DNA of 64,000 nt, taken from positions 132,122,001 through 132,186,000 of the forward strand of contig NC_042999.1 in NCBI RefSeq assembly GCF_006345805.1, written 5' to 3'. Source of the stretch: Octopus sinensis (taxonomy: Eukaryota). Below, in pieces: positions 25,687 to 42,940 of the stretch. The notes beneath the pieces were generated by a model. The model was not told the DNA's origin. It made no database searches and saw nothing but the letters and a program-made list of their open reading frames with translations. The translations under genes were made by a program, and so were the position numbers. How positions within the stretch are numbered: position 1 is the stretch's first letter; every line of letters begins with the position of its first letter.

Positions 25687-26186
25687 TACTCGTTGTTTAC
25701 ATGATGAGAAACGTGTTTCACAGGCAGCTCTATTGGCGAACACGGGCAAACGCCACTGTCTGAATTCATATAAAGGCATGACTTTGGTAAGCCTAAAAAC
25801 GTTCAATTAATCGCTAGATCAGTGGTTCCCATGCGACCTTCATGTTTTCCTCATCTTCAAATACAATAAACACATGCGTCATATGCTCGTCTATTTACTT
25901 TACCGACAGCACTATCGGCGAACAACAGCAAACACCACTGTATGAATTCGTTCTGAGGTATGACTTCGTTAAGCCTAAAAATATCTAATTCCCAAACTTT
26001 TTTTTTTTTTTTACCGCGGAATCTTTCGACATTATTTTTTTAAAACGTGAAATTCCTGATAACTTTCAGGGAACCCAGGGTTTTGCAGAACATGAAAATA
26101 GTGCAATGTTTAGATATCAGCTGTATGCACCATATTACGGTAAATAGTGTTATGCCGGTACCGGGTAGTTATGTTACCGGCGATAC

Positions 26187-28900
<2,714 letters not shown>

Positions 28901-29012
28901 GTGTAAATAAGATACCAATATTGTTATCATGATACACTCGCCTATCTCACTATTATGTTTTTATTTTCATACTATTCTATTTAATTAATAAATATTTAAT
29001 TAAGATTTGTCC

Positions 29013-32000
29013 ATGGAAGAGGAACGGTCCAATTATAGAAGAACTGCAAAATGTTTGAGTCAGCAATTAGGAAGATTGAGGCAAACTTAAGAACAGAAAG
29101 AAGACAAACTTAAAAGGAACATAGAAAGACAGCTTCAGCTCCGTTTAGCGCAGTCACACGAGCGAAGAAAGCAAATTTTAGAACAAGATGCTGCTCAGCA
29201 CAGAAATGCAAGACAACAACTGTCGCAAGAACAACGTGAACAGATTTTAGAACAAAATGCAATACAACACAGACGTCGGCAAATCAATAATAGGCTGGCT
29301 CTTAATATAGCTCGACAATATGATATAGATGGACTTCTACAGGTTCCCGTTGACGTTGCTCGTCATAGCTGCGGCCTATTGGAAGTGCGTTTTGGTGTAT
29401 GTTGTGGATCTTTTCGGTTTGAACGGCAGTTTTTTCTAGCGGTGTTATATGAAATTGTCACCCATAATTATGACCCTAATATCGATCTATTGCATTTCAA
29501 TCTGTTTTGGGATTATGGTTAGTTAGGGTTAGGGGTGGGGGGAAGGGTATCTTTTTTCTTCAGAAATGTAAATAAACCCAATCTGTTTCTTAAATGAGGG
29601 ACATATTCATACAGCACAGGATGTATTCACCTCAATAGACGTCATTGATTGGTTGAAATTGCAGAAATTGAAGAAAAAATCAACAAATATCTTACAAACT
29701 ATAGAATTTTCTCAATAAAGCCAAGAGAAAAAGATGTTTTATAAACACATTCTACCAGTATACGAAGTTTAAAAGTGTTTAGTTACGTGGAAATTATTTT
29801 AAAAAATCTGCCGTTCAAACCGAAAAGATCCTATGTTGTAAATCAGGAATGATAAAAATCGAAAGTATCCCTGAGTTACCGAACGAACTTGCTGATCTCT
29901 TTCTTTCTAATACTCCTGAAACTAAATATTTCAAATGTAATATTCGAAGGTTCAACAGCGCAATGGCAATGTGTTCTATGAAAGTAGATGATACTGACAA
30001 GAATTACAAATTACAGAATGCATGGACTTCTTTATAGAGTTATTGGAGCTCCTAGAAACCAAATAGGAACAGTCCCGTCTAGCTTACAAACGTATTTCTA
30101 TATTCATGAAGAACAGATAAGAAGACGAACAGAAAGAATGCCTCTTAACAATGCAAACCAAGCCTTCGATGTAAATATATTTCGAAAAATTCATTCTGCT
30201 ATCATATCTGCTGGAAATACTTACAATCTTTTCTATCCGTGCAGGAGCAAATTAACGCTGGAAATACTCCTGCTGCTGTGTCAGTTGGCTTACATGCGGA
30301 TAAAAAAACCTCATGGAGAACACTCCAGGAGATATAATCTACCAACTTCTAATGAGCTTGCTATTCTTACACCAAATAATCTTGATGAGGAAACGAATTG
30401 TTCAAAACGAATGGTCGTAACAAAACTCAGAGCAGAGAATAACCAAAAATCTTTACAAATATTAAGTGACTCGCATCGATCATACGACCCAATGATGTAT
30501 CCGTGTTTTTTTCCCTTCTGGCCTAGATGGGTGGCACCTTGGATTAATGAATGAAAATGGTAACCGTCAAATTTCAATAGCTCAATTTTATTGTTATCGC
30601 ATCATGAAAAGAACAGTATCTACAAGTATATTGCAATTAGGTCAGCGTTTGTTTCAGCAATGTTGTGTAGATCAATTTGCCAAAGTACAATCCACCCGTC
30701 TACGATATATTCGTAACAATCAAGCAAACTTAGAAGTTGATTTATATAATGGCTTACAAGATGCTATACTTGCAAGTCGTACTGATCGTACAGGCCGTAG
30801 ATATATATTGCCAACTTCATTTACAGGAAGTCCGCGATATATGGCAAAACATTACCAGGATGAAATGGATATAGTTAGAAAGTTTGGCAAACCTACTTTA
30901 TTTCTGATTTTTACATGCAACCCAAAATGACATGAAATAGTTAACGAGCTTTCTGTGGGCCAGACGGTGGTTGACCCACCAGATATTACTGCAAGACTAT
31001 TTAAACTAAAGTAACAGCAACTATTTCCTTGGGAAACTTATTGCTCGTGTGAACATAGTGGAATTTCAAAAAAGAGGATTACCTCAGTGCCATTTCTTAT
31101 TCATAATACAAAATCATCACAACACATGGCAAGAAATTGATAAAATTTGAACTTCCTAATCCCGAAAACCCATTAATGTCACACCTTTATTCCTTGGTGA
31201 AGAAACACATGATACATGAACCCCGTGGAAAAAAATAATTTAAGTTTTCCCTGCATAGTGAATGGTGTTTGCATTAAAAGATATCTAAAAGGTTACAGAT
31301 CACAAACCTTTATTGGAAATGATTCTTATCCACAATATCGTCGCCAAAAACCCTCGAGATGGTGGCTTCACAACTTCCATACGTATTGGAAATAGAGAAA
31401 TTGTTGTTGATAACCGTTATGTAGTTCATTATAATGCTTGGTTGTTGCAGAAGTACGAGGCGCATATTAATCTTGAATGGTGTGCATCTATTAAAGCTGT
31501 GAAATATCTTTACAAGTACATTTTCAAAGGTGTTGACTATGCAACAGTTTCTTTACATAGACAAGATGGCGTGCGTCTTAATGTTGGCAACGAAAATCAA
31601 ATGGATGAAATTTCGAATTACGAAAATTGCCGCTATATTGGAGCGTCAGAGACTTGCTGGAGATTATTTGAGTTTCCAATTCAGCAAAGGCAGCCTGCTG
31701 TTGAATGCTTGCCGACATACTTGCCAGATCAACAGATGATTGTGTTTAATCCGAATCATGCTCAAGAATCTTTAGCAAAAAATAGATCGACCAAATTGAC
31801 AGCATATTTCAAGATGAAGGAAGAAGATCCCTTAGCAAAAGATATTCTCTATTGTGACTTTCCACAGCATTATACTTGGTGTAACAATGATAAAAGCTGG
31901 AGGTGAAGAGTTAGACAAGATGATGATATTCCAGAAGCTATTGGTAGAGTGTACGCAGTACATCCATCGCAAGGGGAGCTATTTTATCTTAGACTATAAA

Positions 32001-33880
32001 GCGGAATCGACAAGCTTTGAAAATTTAATTTGCGAAAATTTTAAGCAAGCATGTCAAATGATGAATCTATTAGAAAATGATCAAGAATGGGAACTTTGTC
32101 TAAATGAGGAAAGAACAATATGTTCAGCGAATGATTTACGAAATTTGTTTGTCAGTATTCTTCAGTATTGCTTTCCATCCAGACAACTAGAATTATACAA
32201 CATGTTTTGCAAAGATTTTTGCTGAGGTTACTTCCATCAGATGAGACAACACAATTTTTCTCATGAAGCAGCTTTGGATATTGCCCTGAATGATATGCTG
32301 TGTGAATTGGATCATCGCATGGGTCAGTATGACCGTAGTACAATATTTTTTAGATTGCCTGCTGCTATTCATGATCTCCGAATGAATGTTCTACTTCATG
32401 AAGATGAGAAGGATCCAAATGCAGAAGAATTTTTCAATGCTAACATCCATACGCTAAATAATGACCAGAGAATCATTTTTGAAAATATTCAACAGAAAAT
32501 TGATAGAAATGAAGGTGGTTTGATATTTATTGATGCACGCGGGGGTACTGGCAAAACTTTTCTTCTCAATATATTACTGTCTTATGTGTGCAAAAATAAC
32601 CAACTAGCTTTTGCGACAGCGTCATCAGGCATTGCTGCGACACTATTGAAGCTAGGTCGCACTACTCACTCTCGATTCAAGCTCCCCATACCGGTAAACT
32701 ATAATTCAACATGCAAAATATCTCCTCTTGATGTCACTGGTCGTTTGCTTCATGATGCACGCTTGATTGTTTGGGACGAGGCACCCATGTGTCATCGTTA
32801 TCTATTTGAATCGCTGAATCGAACACTGAAGGATGTAATGAACAATGACTTGATCTTTGGCGGCAAATTGATAATTTTAGGTTGTGATTTTCGTCAAATT
32901 CTTCCAGTGCTTCGAAGAGCACGAAGGTCTTCTCTAATTGGAGTATGTTTGAAAAAATCCGTAAATGCGAAGTACTTCATCTCACCACTCATATGCGAGT
33001 GCGAAAACTGTCTCAGCAATAATGATACCACCTCTCAAGCTCGACTGGCATATCATTCTGTTTGGTTATTGCAAGTTGGTGATGGAAGAATCCCCAATGT
33101 TCAAAGATAATTATACGATGATGTAATAGAGATTCATCAGCAATTTCGAGTCAACAGCAAGGAGGATTTGAACAACCATGTCTATGAAAATTTAGAGGTT
33201 AATTTTAACAATGCCCAATGGTTATCATCACAAGCAATATTAACAACAAAGAATGAAGAAGTTGACAATCTAAATAAACACACCAGAAATTTCCAGGTGA
33301 GACATATACTCTGAGGAGTATTGATTCCGTTGCAGAAGATCAACTATCTGGACTCTATCCTCCTAAATTTCTGAATTCTCTTAATATAAGTAGTATGCCA
33401 CTTCATATTATCAAATTAAAAACGGGTGTTCCTATAATGTTGCTAAGAAACTTAGATCAGAGAAATGAGCATTGCAATGGTATACGTTATAGACGGTTAT
33501 CGGTGTCAGATAATATGATCACTGCAAGTAAAATAACTGATGTTGATGCAGGATGCACACTTTTGATTCCCTGCATTATTCTGCAACCATCTGTTACCGA
33601 TTTGCCCTTTATTTTGAAAAGACTCCCATTTCCAGTGAGGCCTGCTTTTGCGATGTCTATAAACAAAAGTCAAGGACAAAGCCTTTCTAAGTGTGGTGTC
33701 TACATGCCCGCGCCCGTATTTACTCATGGCCAGATATATGTCGCTCTTAGTAGAATTGGGGATCCAGTGAATCTTAAAATATTCGCTGATCAAAAAGAAT
33801 TTACTAAATCAGGAACAAGTAGACGTCATAATGAAAATGTAAGAAGACTTACGCGTAATGTTGTCTACACGGAAATATAG
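29013..33880 (+). pseudogene. Helitron Rep/Helicase gene, decayed
   Basis: Rep motifs FLIFTCNPK, VEFQKRGLPQCH (first His changed to Gln), KYLYKYIFKG; PIF1 motifs GGTGKT, VWDEAPM, GCDFRQILPV, FAMSINKSQGQSL, HGQIYVALSR; many stops and frameshifts; candidate 3' CTAG at 33997-34000. Confidence 0.93.
29406..29831. mobile_element. GGATC-ended MITE inserted in Helitron Rep
   Basis: TIR ggatcttttcggtttgaacggcag / ctgccgttcaaaccgaaaagatcc; exact 8-bp TSD tatgttgt (29398-29405, 29832-29839). Confidence 0.93.
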
Positions 33881-34144
33881 TGTTAATATTGATATGCTGC
33901 CTATGTAAAAAGTACAGATTTACTGGATACAAATAAAAGAGAATGTGTAAATATTTATAAGAGTCATGCGTTCTTGTTTACGGGTTTTGTTATTTACTAG
34001 TACGTGTGCTTTGATGCATAGAATTGGTAATATTACTGTAAGTCATTGTGTCTTTGTTTTTATTCCCTTAGAGACCAGTTGGGCTCCTGTTGTTGATATG
34101 GTACTTCGGATTCTAGTTTGAATTTCAGCCCCTCAAAAGTAGTA

Positions 34145-34221
34145 TCTATGTAATAGTCGACCCCATAAATTTGACCTTAAAAAATGGTCTAAAAAATTCG
34201 ACTTTTACACGAGTATATACG

Positions 34222-34222
<1 letters not shown>
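34145..34222 (+). mobile_element. pogo/Tc1-type MITE right end
   Basis: ttcgacttttacacgagtatatacgg is the inverted counterpart of the 24902 end. Confidence 0.6.
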
Positions 34223-34262
<40 letters not shown>

Positions 34263-34942
34263 TGCATACATACATACATACATACATACATACATACATA
34301 CATACATACATACATACATACATACATACATACATACATACATGTAAATAGAGAGAACACAAAAACTGAAAATATTCAGACGATGACCATTCATTTATAA
34401 ATGTATCACAGGTTAAACAGCTGTTTCTGGGGGCTCAGATTTACATCGTTAGATGCATATCTCTCCACCCTGAAGATGGAGGCCGAATTTACCTAATTTT
34501 TGTATGCCTCCACTACTAGTTGCATATTTTTTACTTTTTGTGAACTACATCTGCAGCATTATGAAGTAATTCCGATCTCCCAGAAAGATCTGTCCTATCT
34601 GTAGTACCATACGTTTTCCCCATAATTTTTTTTTTTTGGTGTATGTGTCTTTGTACTTTATGTAAATCTACTCTGTTAATATATAAATATCTGTATATTT
34701 ATACATAAATGTTCATTGTCTGAATATCTTTAGTCTTTGTCTCTCTTTCTATATATATATATATATATCTTATATATCGTGCCTAAGCTGTTTTATTTGT
34801 TTAGTTGCATCATTGTCTCCATATCTACTCACCTGGATTCCTCTTATAGCCACTCTTTAACCTGCGGATTTAGTCCTCAGCGAAGATTTCGGCGAGCTAC
34901 TGAGTGTTTTCTATACTGAGCATCTTTGGATCTCATTTGCTG

Positions 34943-34980
<38 letters not shown>

Positions 34981-35187
34981 TCACTCTTTCTGTATATGTA
35001 TAGGTGACCAAAATTCCATGAGTCAGAAAATAAGTCATTCATATATTAAGTTATTCTACTTGTTCCTGAGTCCCCATATGTTCTATCCTTGTGTTACATA
35101 ACTCGAATGGAGAAAGATATAAATATGTAGGAAGAGAAGAAGGAGAAGGGGAGACAAAGAGAGAAGTGGAAATAGTGGAATGGAAAA

Positions 35188-35221
<34 letters not shown>

Positions 35222-35294
35222 AGAGAGATTGGGGGGGGGGGTAGAATGGAAAACAAAGAGAGAAACAGAAATAATTGAAGCAATGAAAAATAGA

Positions 35295-35390
35295 AAGAGA
35301 AAATACATGAGACAGTTATCTCAAAGTCTACCTGATGTCTTCACGATGCACTGCGTGATTCACCGACAAGGTCTTGTGGCACGAAAGACC
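35295..35390 (+). pseudogene. hAT (Buster/Charlie-like) transposase fragment
   Basis: LPDVFTMHCVIHRQGLVARK matches the hAT HCxxH(R/Q)xLxAK motif. Confidence 0.6.
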
Positions 35391-35844
35391 TGCACTTGCA
35401 ACCACTTATTGATCACTGTATTTTGTGATTTCTATTTCATGTAAAGCTGTGCATGGTTTTTTAGAGGTCATAAATTACATACGGAAACTAACTTTCTGGG
35501 CAGCATACAACTGGCACTTGCTCTCAGTATGTTTGCATATTTTGTTCTTTATTTATAAATTTTTGTATTAAAATGTTGCTTCCCTTTTTTCCTAACGCCT
35601 TACTGTCTTGCCACGGGATAATATGGTGATGTATCAAAGCGAGTTAACTACGAAGTGGAAAGCTCCGTTTACCGAAACACCATCGCTGTGCATGCGTGCA
35701 GCACTTTGCTAAACGTTGCCGCTAAAGGTTCTTTTGCGAAACAGAGAGGCGACAAGATCTGTTTCTGCTGTGACTCGAAGAGAGAGGAACTGCGACTGAA
35801 GTGTGAATAATGTTGAACCATCAGAAGATCTTGGAAACCTTTGT

Positions 35845-36135
<291 letters not shown>

Positions 36136-36402
36136 CGTTAAGGTTGTTCTGTTAAGAACGTATAAGAGTACAAATAGAACTCGTTCACCCTTAGAATTCC
36201 CAAATAGCCGGTAGTATTCTTATGGTATGCTACCAATTCTAGCCTTAGGTATTCCTCGTGTGTGAAAATAAAAAGTAAAAAGTAAAAGAGTGAAAAGAAA
36301 GTGTAAGTACGATTTGGCAGCTTTTTAATCAAGTTTCAAAGAAGAAGCCATGGATGTTGTAGCATGGAAATCTAGATTTACTTACGGAGACAGCAACAGA
36401 GT

Positions 36403-36518
36403 ATCGCCTGAGGAGATACATATAGATCTTCTTATACAAGTAAATCGTTACATAATTTAATTTAACTTTAAATCCTTTATATACGAGGATCTGTATGTAT
36501 CAAAACATTTGTAGCGAT
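36403..36518 (+). ncRNA. Type-I hammerhead ribozyme motif with G12A core change
   Basis: Stem I atcgc/gcgat; core CTGAGGA (36408-36414); 14-bp stem II gatacatatagatc/gatctgtatgtatc; AAAAC in place of GAAAC; loop ATTT; GTA. Confidence 0.7.
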
Positions 36519-36615
36519 TAAAAAGCTGCCTAACCGTACTTACTCTTCCATTTGACTCTTACTTTTTACTTTTTATATAAATGTGTGTGTGTGTGTGTGC
36601 ATATTATACATATAT

Positions 36616-36658
<43 letters not shown>

Positions 36659-37239
36659 TATATATAAATATATGCATATATACATACATATATGTACATA
36701 CCTACACATATATGTATATATACATGCATATATGGGTACAGGACATAAAAAAAACGTTGAACACAATGAGAAACGAAAACATAGAAAACGAACTTTTTTC
36801 GAACAACGAAAAAAACAGAGAAACGACACATGCAACATAAAGAATATTCCCTTCTTCAGTTGTCCCTATTTCATCTACTCCGCGTTACGAAGGCAAGGAC
36901 AATACACGACTTCATTGAAACAGTCCTTCACGCAAAGCAAATTAAATCAAATTTGGGATTTTTTGCGGAGGGTGAAAGTGGTAACAAGAACAGGACAGTG
37001 AGAACAAAGCAGTAAAAACAAAAGGTGAGAGCTGTTAAGCCAAGACGATAGAAAAATTATTATGAATGCTAGGAAGACGAGCTTATGAGAAGAGACAGGT
37101 ATAAGCACGTGTTGTCTTTAGGAAGGAAATGAGCAGAAAGATAGATTTTCTTTCGTTACGTGTAAGCGACGAGAGAATTAAGGAGGAAGAGTGAGAGAGA
37201 GGGATTCACATATATCTTTTGTTTTATCTCTTACTTCAT

Positions 37240-37557
37240 TCAGACTCTGGACATGCTGGGGTACCGCCTTGAAGAATTTTATTCGAATGCGTTGACCCTA
37301 GTACTTAAATTTTTAAGCCTAGTACATTGCCGAACCATTAGACTACGGGGTTGCATACTCACACACAAACACCGATTATAAAGCGGTCGTGGTGGACAAT
37401 CACACACACACATACACATGATGAGCTTTCATTTTCTGTCTACAAATTCCACTCACAAGGCTTTGGTTGGCTCGAGGATATCGCAGGAGTCACCTGCCTA
37501 AGATATCATGCAGTGGGTCTGAACGCGGAACTGTGTAGTTGGGAAGTAAACTTGCGC
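37240..37557 (-). mobile_element. SINE family A, diverged
   Basis: Reverse complement of head and tail (catgctgggggtaccgcc; aaattccactcacaagg). Confidence 0.65.
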
Positions 37558-37731
37558 CTGTATGTATGTATGTATGTATGTATGTATGTATGTATGTATG
37601 TATGTATGTATGTATGTATGTATATACATATATAGGAAATTATGCAGATAAGTAAATGAAATATATTAAATATAGCAGTTTGGGTATGAAATACAAAATA
37701 TGTATATATGTATATATGTATGTGTGTGGGT

Positions 37732-37792
<61 letters not shown>

Positions 37793-38099
37793 TGTGTGTG
37801 CGCGTGTGTGTGTTCATGCAAAACGAGAGAAACCAGAGCGGAGACTTTCAAACGATGAGTATTTGAGTATAAATATATAGACATTTATATTAATAGATCC
37901 AGGAGCTATTAATATAAACTTCTGTATTTAATATATTTCATTTGTTTATCCGCATAATTCCTTCCATATTTGCTCAAGATAATCCCTCTTATAACCATTC
38001 TTTACCCTGCGGAATTGATCCCCTGTAAAGACATCGGAGTGTTTTCTATACTGAGAATCCCTGGATCTCATCTGCTGACTATATATATTCTTTTATCCT

Positions 38100-38290
38100 T
38101 CTACTTGTTTCAGTCATTTGATTGTGGCCATGCTGGAGCACCGCCTTGAAGGGTTTTTTCAGTCGAAGAAATCCACCCCAGGACTTATCTTTTCTAACCA
38201 TAATCTCTTCTGCCGAACAGGTAAGTTACGTTGTTGTAAACAGCCTAACATCGGTTGTCAAGCGATGGTGGGGGAAAAACACAGATACAA
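38100..38290 (-). mobile_element. SINE family A, 3' half
   Basis: tacttgtttcagtcatttgattgtggccatgctggagcaccgcc. Confidence 0.75.
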
Positions 38291-38319
38291 AGACATACAC
38301 ACACACATAACTGTGTGTG

Positions 38320-38385
<66 letters not shown>

Positions 38386-40349
38386 TATATATATACATAT
38401 ACGCATATAAAATCCCGCGTGTGCGCACGCACACACGCTCTCTCTCTTTCACACACACACACACAGAGAAAATAATGTAAACATGAAAGCAAACAATTAT
38501 GTCGACACAGGATAACCTTTTTTGAAGGGAAATCTGAGTAAAGACAAGCAGGTCTTAACCGACCTGTTTTTTATTCCAGATATATTCCTTATCGCAGTAT
38601 GAAAATCATATGTTTTTTTTAATACGGTAAAGTAGCTTTTGAGGAAGATTTGACTGCAAGTTCTGGTAGGTCGAGCGACAGCATATAGGTTTTGTCGTTG
38701 GCTCGGAAAGCAAGCTGTATTTGACCTGGCTGATTACACTAAGAAGTTCCTTTCTGGTTCCAATATCCATTGAAAAGTGAGTCTGTCGTTTTTCACCGTG
38801 TGACTCAACGATTCAATGAGAATGAATTAAATCCATGTACGCTTCGGTACACGTATGAACAGATACTTTTCATGCTTAGAACCAACTTTCTCTGCTTGTT
38901 AGAACTGATTAACAGCCGAACGTAAAATGGGGCAGCCATCAGAACAGTTAGCTAAGGAAAAACCATCGGGAAATATGTTTTCAAGTTAATATCATTTTAA
39001 AACGTGTTAAAGTGCTATTTGCCTTGTTTAGTTTTTCATGCGGAAATCTAATATTTTTCTCGAAGGAGTGTTGGAGTGCTTATAAATCATTACTTTCACC
39101 CTCCTTCTTTGTGTGTGCGTGCGTGCGCGCGGAGTGTACAGTCAAGTAGCTCCTCTCTCTTGATATCTTACTTGCTCTTGCATAGTCGTAAGATTTCGCC
39201 TGAGAAATCTTTCACTTGTATTATTATTATTATTATAATATTTGTATTACGTTGACGTAATTTTTTTTTTTTTTTTGCTTTTTCTTATGATTACGATACA
39301 AAACTTGTTTATTCCGATATGGTGTGAACATTTTAATAATACAAAAATAGAGAGTGATTTGTTATTCTACGAGTAATTGTATATATGAGAGTAAATTAAT
39401 TCTTTCATATAAAAATATTGGCAGAGTCAGATTGTCGGGCGACATCATAGCGGTTACCGACCTATGATTCAGTGAGTACTGGATTGAGAAATAGAAAGGA
39501 ATTACTGAAATAGTTCGATATTCGTGACATCAAAGAAACATGAGGAAAAATTCTTGATATCAATCATATCGAATATTTTTGGGAGAAAATATTCGGCAAA
39601 AGCATAAAACAGCAACATTAGGAGAAAGCCTGCTGATACATCTTGAATGAAATGGCAGAAAAAATAGCTGAATCAACTGATAAAAATCCGATCAATAAAT
39701 ATATTGTTTAAAGCTAAGCTTCCCTCACTCTTATACTTGCAATTCTCTCCCTTATCTTTCTCCTTCATCCCCATTTTCTGCGATTTACCAGCCATCTTAT
39801 TTATAGCATACGTTCTTTGTTTTTCCAATTAATATGCATTTTATGAAAACACAGCTATCTAATTTGGGATCAATATTCTCTCTGTAAGCTCCTGTCGAGT
39901 CGAGTGGTTTCGATTCAGAGAAGAAAGCATTTCATGCCACTGACGCGTTTGAAAATATTATGAATAACAAAACATCTGATCATCACATTCCTCTCTTCTA
40001 AATACATAGAAGTTACAGCATCAGTAATATAAACAGTAGAATATGGACAAGCAACTTAATAGTTACACGTTCGAGGTATGAAACCGAACTTAAAACTAAA
40101 CAGAAAGAAACAACACCAACAAAACTATTGCTTTCCTAGAATTTAATTTAACTTCGTCAATATATTCCCTTCTCCTAACGATATACTATATCCAAAGTTT
40201 TCCCCCAGTTAGGAGTGCAACTTACGCAGTGAATTTTCTTCCCTGTCTTCTTATCGTCTGGAATCGGTGACATTTCAGGCGGATTTTGACTTCGGAAACA
40301 AACAAAATCTGCTGATCCCTATTCTGAAAACCGAAATAGTTAAAGCACT

Positions 40350-41020
40350 AGAAACGTTTCGTGCGTTGCCAAAACGTAATGGATAAGGTGTAGTGCTTGA
40401 GAAGGTATATTATCGCCAGGCAGCATCTAGGTTTTATTTGTTCATGCCTCAATCAAGTGCCTTCGTTTGTATTGCTTTTCTCCAACGGCTAAGGAGGTCC
40501 AAGTAAAAACTTTCAATTGACCGTCTGATTAGGTCGAACAAACTCGTGATGAAAGACGCGCTTACAATGAAAATCGATCGTTACATTATATTTGAGCGAC
40601 ACACACGTGCATTTTGAGGTTGTGACGATGATAATCTTAGCCCACTGCGATAATGGCCGTTTTGTTTCGACATCGTAACTGCACATCCACATTTCATCGC
40701 TTCCTATGACACTTTTTAGAAAGATTTAATCTTCTTTGGAACAATGAAACAGCTCCTAATTGACTCATTTTCATTTCTCGTTTTGTTCATCTCTCAGCAG
40801 ATACGGGAAAAATTTTCAGAAAGCAAAATCATATGGTACAAAACTACTGATGCCTCACCACTCACTCTTTAGAAACTTCGCCAGACGATGGCTTTTCACG
40901 GATTGCAGCTGTAACGTGCATTTTCGTGATGTGATGGTCAACCGTTCTTGTAAAGTATCGTCCAGATTTGGGACCGTCTTTGCTGATTGTTCTTACTCAT
41001 TTGCAATGCTGGTATAACGA
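40350..41020 (-). pseudogene. mariner transposase remnant
   Basis: Minus-strand fragments GSDEMWMCSYDVETKRPLSQW and GQLKVFT/DLLSRWRKAI match mariner TGDETW..YDPETK.QS.QW and GQTVN..YY.VL.RLR.AI. Confidence 0.6.
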
Positions 41021-42399
41021 TGGTTTGCCAATTTATATGGTGATTATTCTTCCGAGTAGGATTCGGAATTTATGTCAGTTGATCGCCAATTTATAACGGT
41101 GTGATTGATCGCCTACTTTATAACCGGCGTGAATATTGAGAAGAAATGATGAGTGGCATTTTATAATAGTGGAAATTTATCTGTAACAATTAGATGATTT
41201 TATCTATTTATCACGTGTTCGACTTGAAATTATAATTAAATATAAATATTTCTTGAGTAGGAATCTATAGTGATAAATCCGTCACTTATACCTTAATCAT
41301 AAATATTTATCACCATACATAAATCCAAGCTCAGACTACATAAACGTTGTAGTGAGTTATACACACTAAGACGCTGAACGTGCATGTATGTTGAAGATAA
41401 TAAAGGTCACTCTATTTCACCGCTATAGTAACAATTTCATAGTTACGAAAATAAATTTCATGAACAGGTTGAAGAAAATGAAGAAAAAGAAATTATTTAC
41501 TAAATTAGTTTGTTTACGTACATTTAATATTTACAGTACATTTTTATAAGTCAAAAGAAGACTATCGTAGGGAGATACGACATAAAATTTATATTAACTA
41601 ATTCTTCCATAACTAAGCTACAAGAGTTTTAAACAACAATTCAAAATAGCCTTGTTGAATTAGATAACAAACTTGACATGGCAATGGCCAATATCCCAAG
41701 AAAGTGAGTGTCGTGGAATCAAGTGACAACCAACGAACACTGGTTTATTTCCCCAAAATCAGGGCTTTTATAACTGCTTATATCTGAATTCTAAGAACTG
41801 TATTTCGTGAAGGATTTCTTTTTGACGAAAGTTAGAATTCAAATATGAGCAGTAATTGTAACCAATGGGAAACTAATAATTATACCTATTCGGCCAACAT
41901 GACCATGATGTCATATTACCGCCGATAAAGGGTTTATTAAGACTTGCTACACTGGTAACTCTCGTGTCATTGTGTTCACCTCAAAACAATCCTTTCCACA
42001 GGCCTGTTGTAAGATAAGAAAAGTTCCGATCAAATTTTTACCCGGTTTGAAGGAGAATTTTACATAGAGATTTTGCACTTCACCATCGTTCATTTTTTAC
42101 TTTGCGACAAAACGTCAAATGCACGAAATATACGTCGACTCTAGCACAAGTAGTTCGGTGACAAATATACGTGACGTGATGTAATAGTTATTTAATGTCA
42201 AGGTAGCCATGCGCGTCACCGCACTCAGGAGCATATTGCATCCGCTAGTTGGCATGCTGTTTTAAGAAGTCAGATTATTTATGGATAGACATCGTGTGTT
42301 ATGTGTGTGTGTGTTTACATTCACACATATACATACATATATATATACACACACACACAATCTCATCAAAGGCAAATCATTGTGTTTTGGTTCAATATG

Positions 42400-42940
42400 T
42401 TACTAGATTGTTGGGAATCAGCCGTTCTTTCCTCTGCTTCATATTGACGTGAAGACACCAGTTTTCATTGCCGCTGACGATGAAAAGAAATCTCTACTAT
42501 TGTCTGCGAATAGTTTGGTGTCGCTCGAGCAGTCTGGCGGTGATAAAAGAATGCAGAAGTTTGTCTCTTTTTTTCTGAAGGTGTGGCACCTGTGCACCGA
42601 GTTCTTAGGCCTTACCCATCGAGTGAAGGTGGCGGGCGAAGGTATCATTAAAGCATCCCACCTGCTGAGCCAAATCGCTAGTAGATGAGTTCGTGGATGA
42701 GTTTGTTCAATCGATTCTCTTGAAACTGAACAGGTCAGCCAGAACACGGAGAGTCTGGAGAGTCGAATTTCCCCTCTTTGAAGTGTGGAAACCATTTCTG
42801 TGCAGTTCTTTCGGTAATAGCACCTTCCCCGTGTACAGCACAAATGTCTCGAGCAGCTTTGGAACCAGTATTGGAACCTTAACTGAAAGTGTGAAGAAGC
42901 AGGTGTCCAAAATACTCATTCTTTTTTACACCTGGCACTG
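42400..42940 (-). pseudogene. mariner transposase N-terminal remnant
   Basis: Minus strand KNEYFGHLLL..KAARDICAVHGEGAITERTAQKWF..HLHSMGK..VPH..VSGNENWCLHVNMKQRKE; HTH and first catalytic region. Confidence 0.82.

Noticed and set aside
25726-25992. ~180-bp-period direct repeat with a GQTPL (ankyrin-like) translation
   Set aside because: Stops in frame and interleaved with hAT TIR fragments; more likely transposon subterminal repeats.
34410-34525. CTGAAGA followed by a 7-bp stem tggaggc/gcctcca, plus minus-strand GAAACAGCTGTT
   Set aside because: GAAA is missing after stem II and there is no stem I, so it is not a complete hammerhead.
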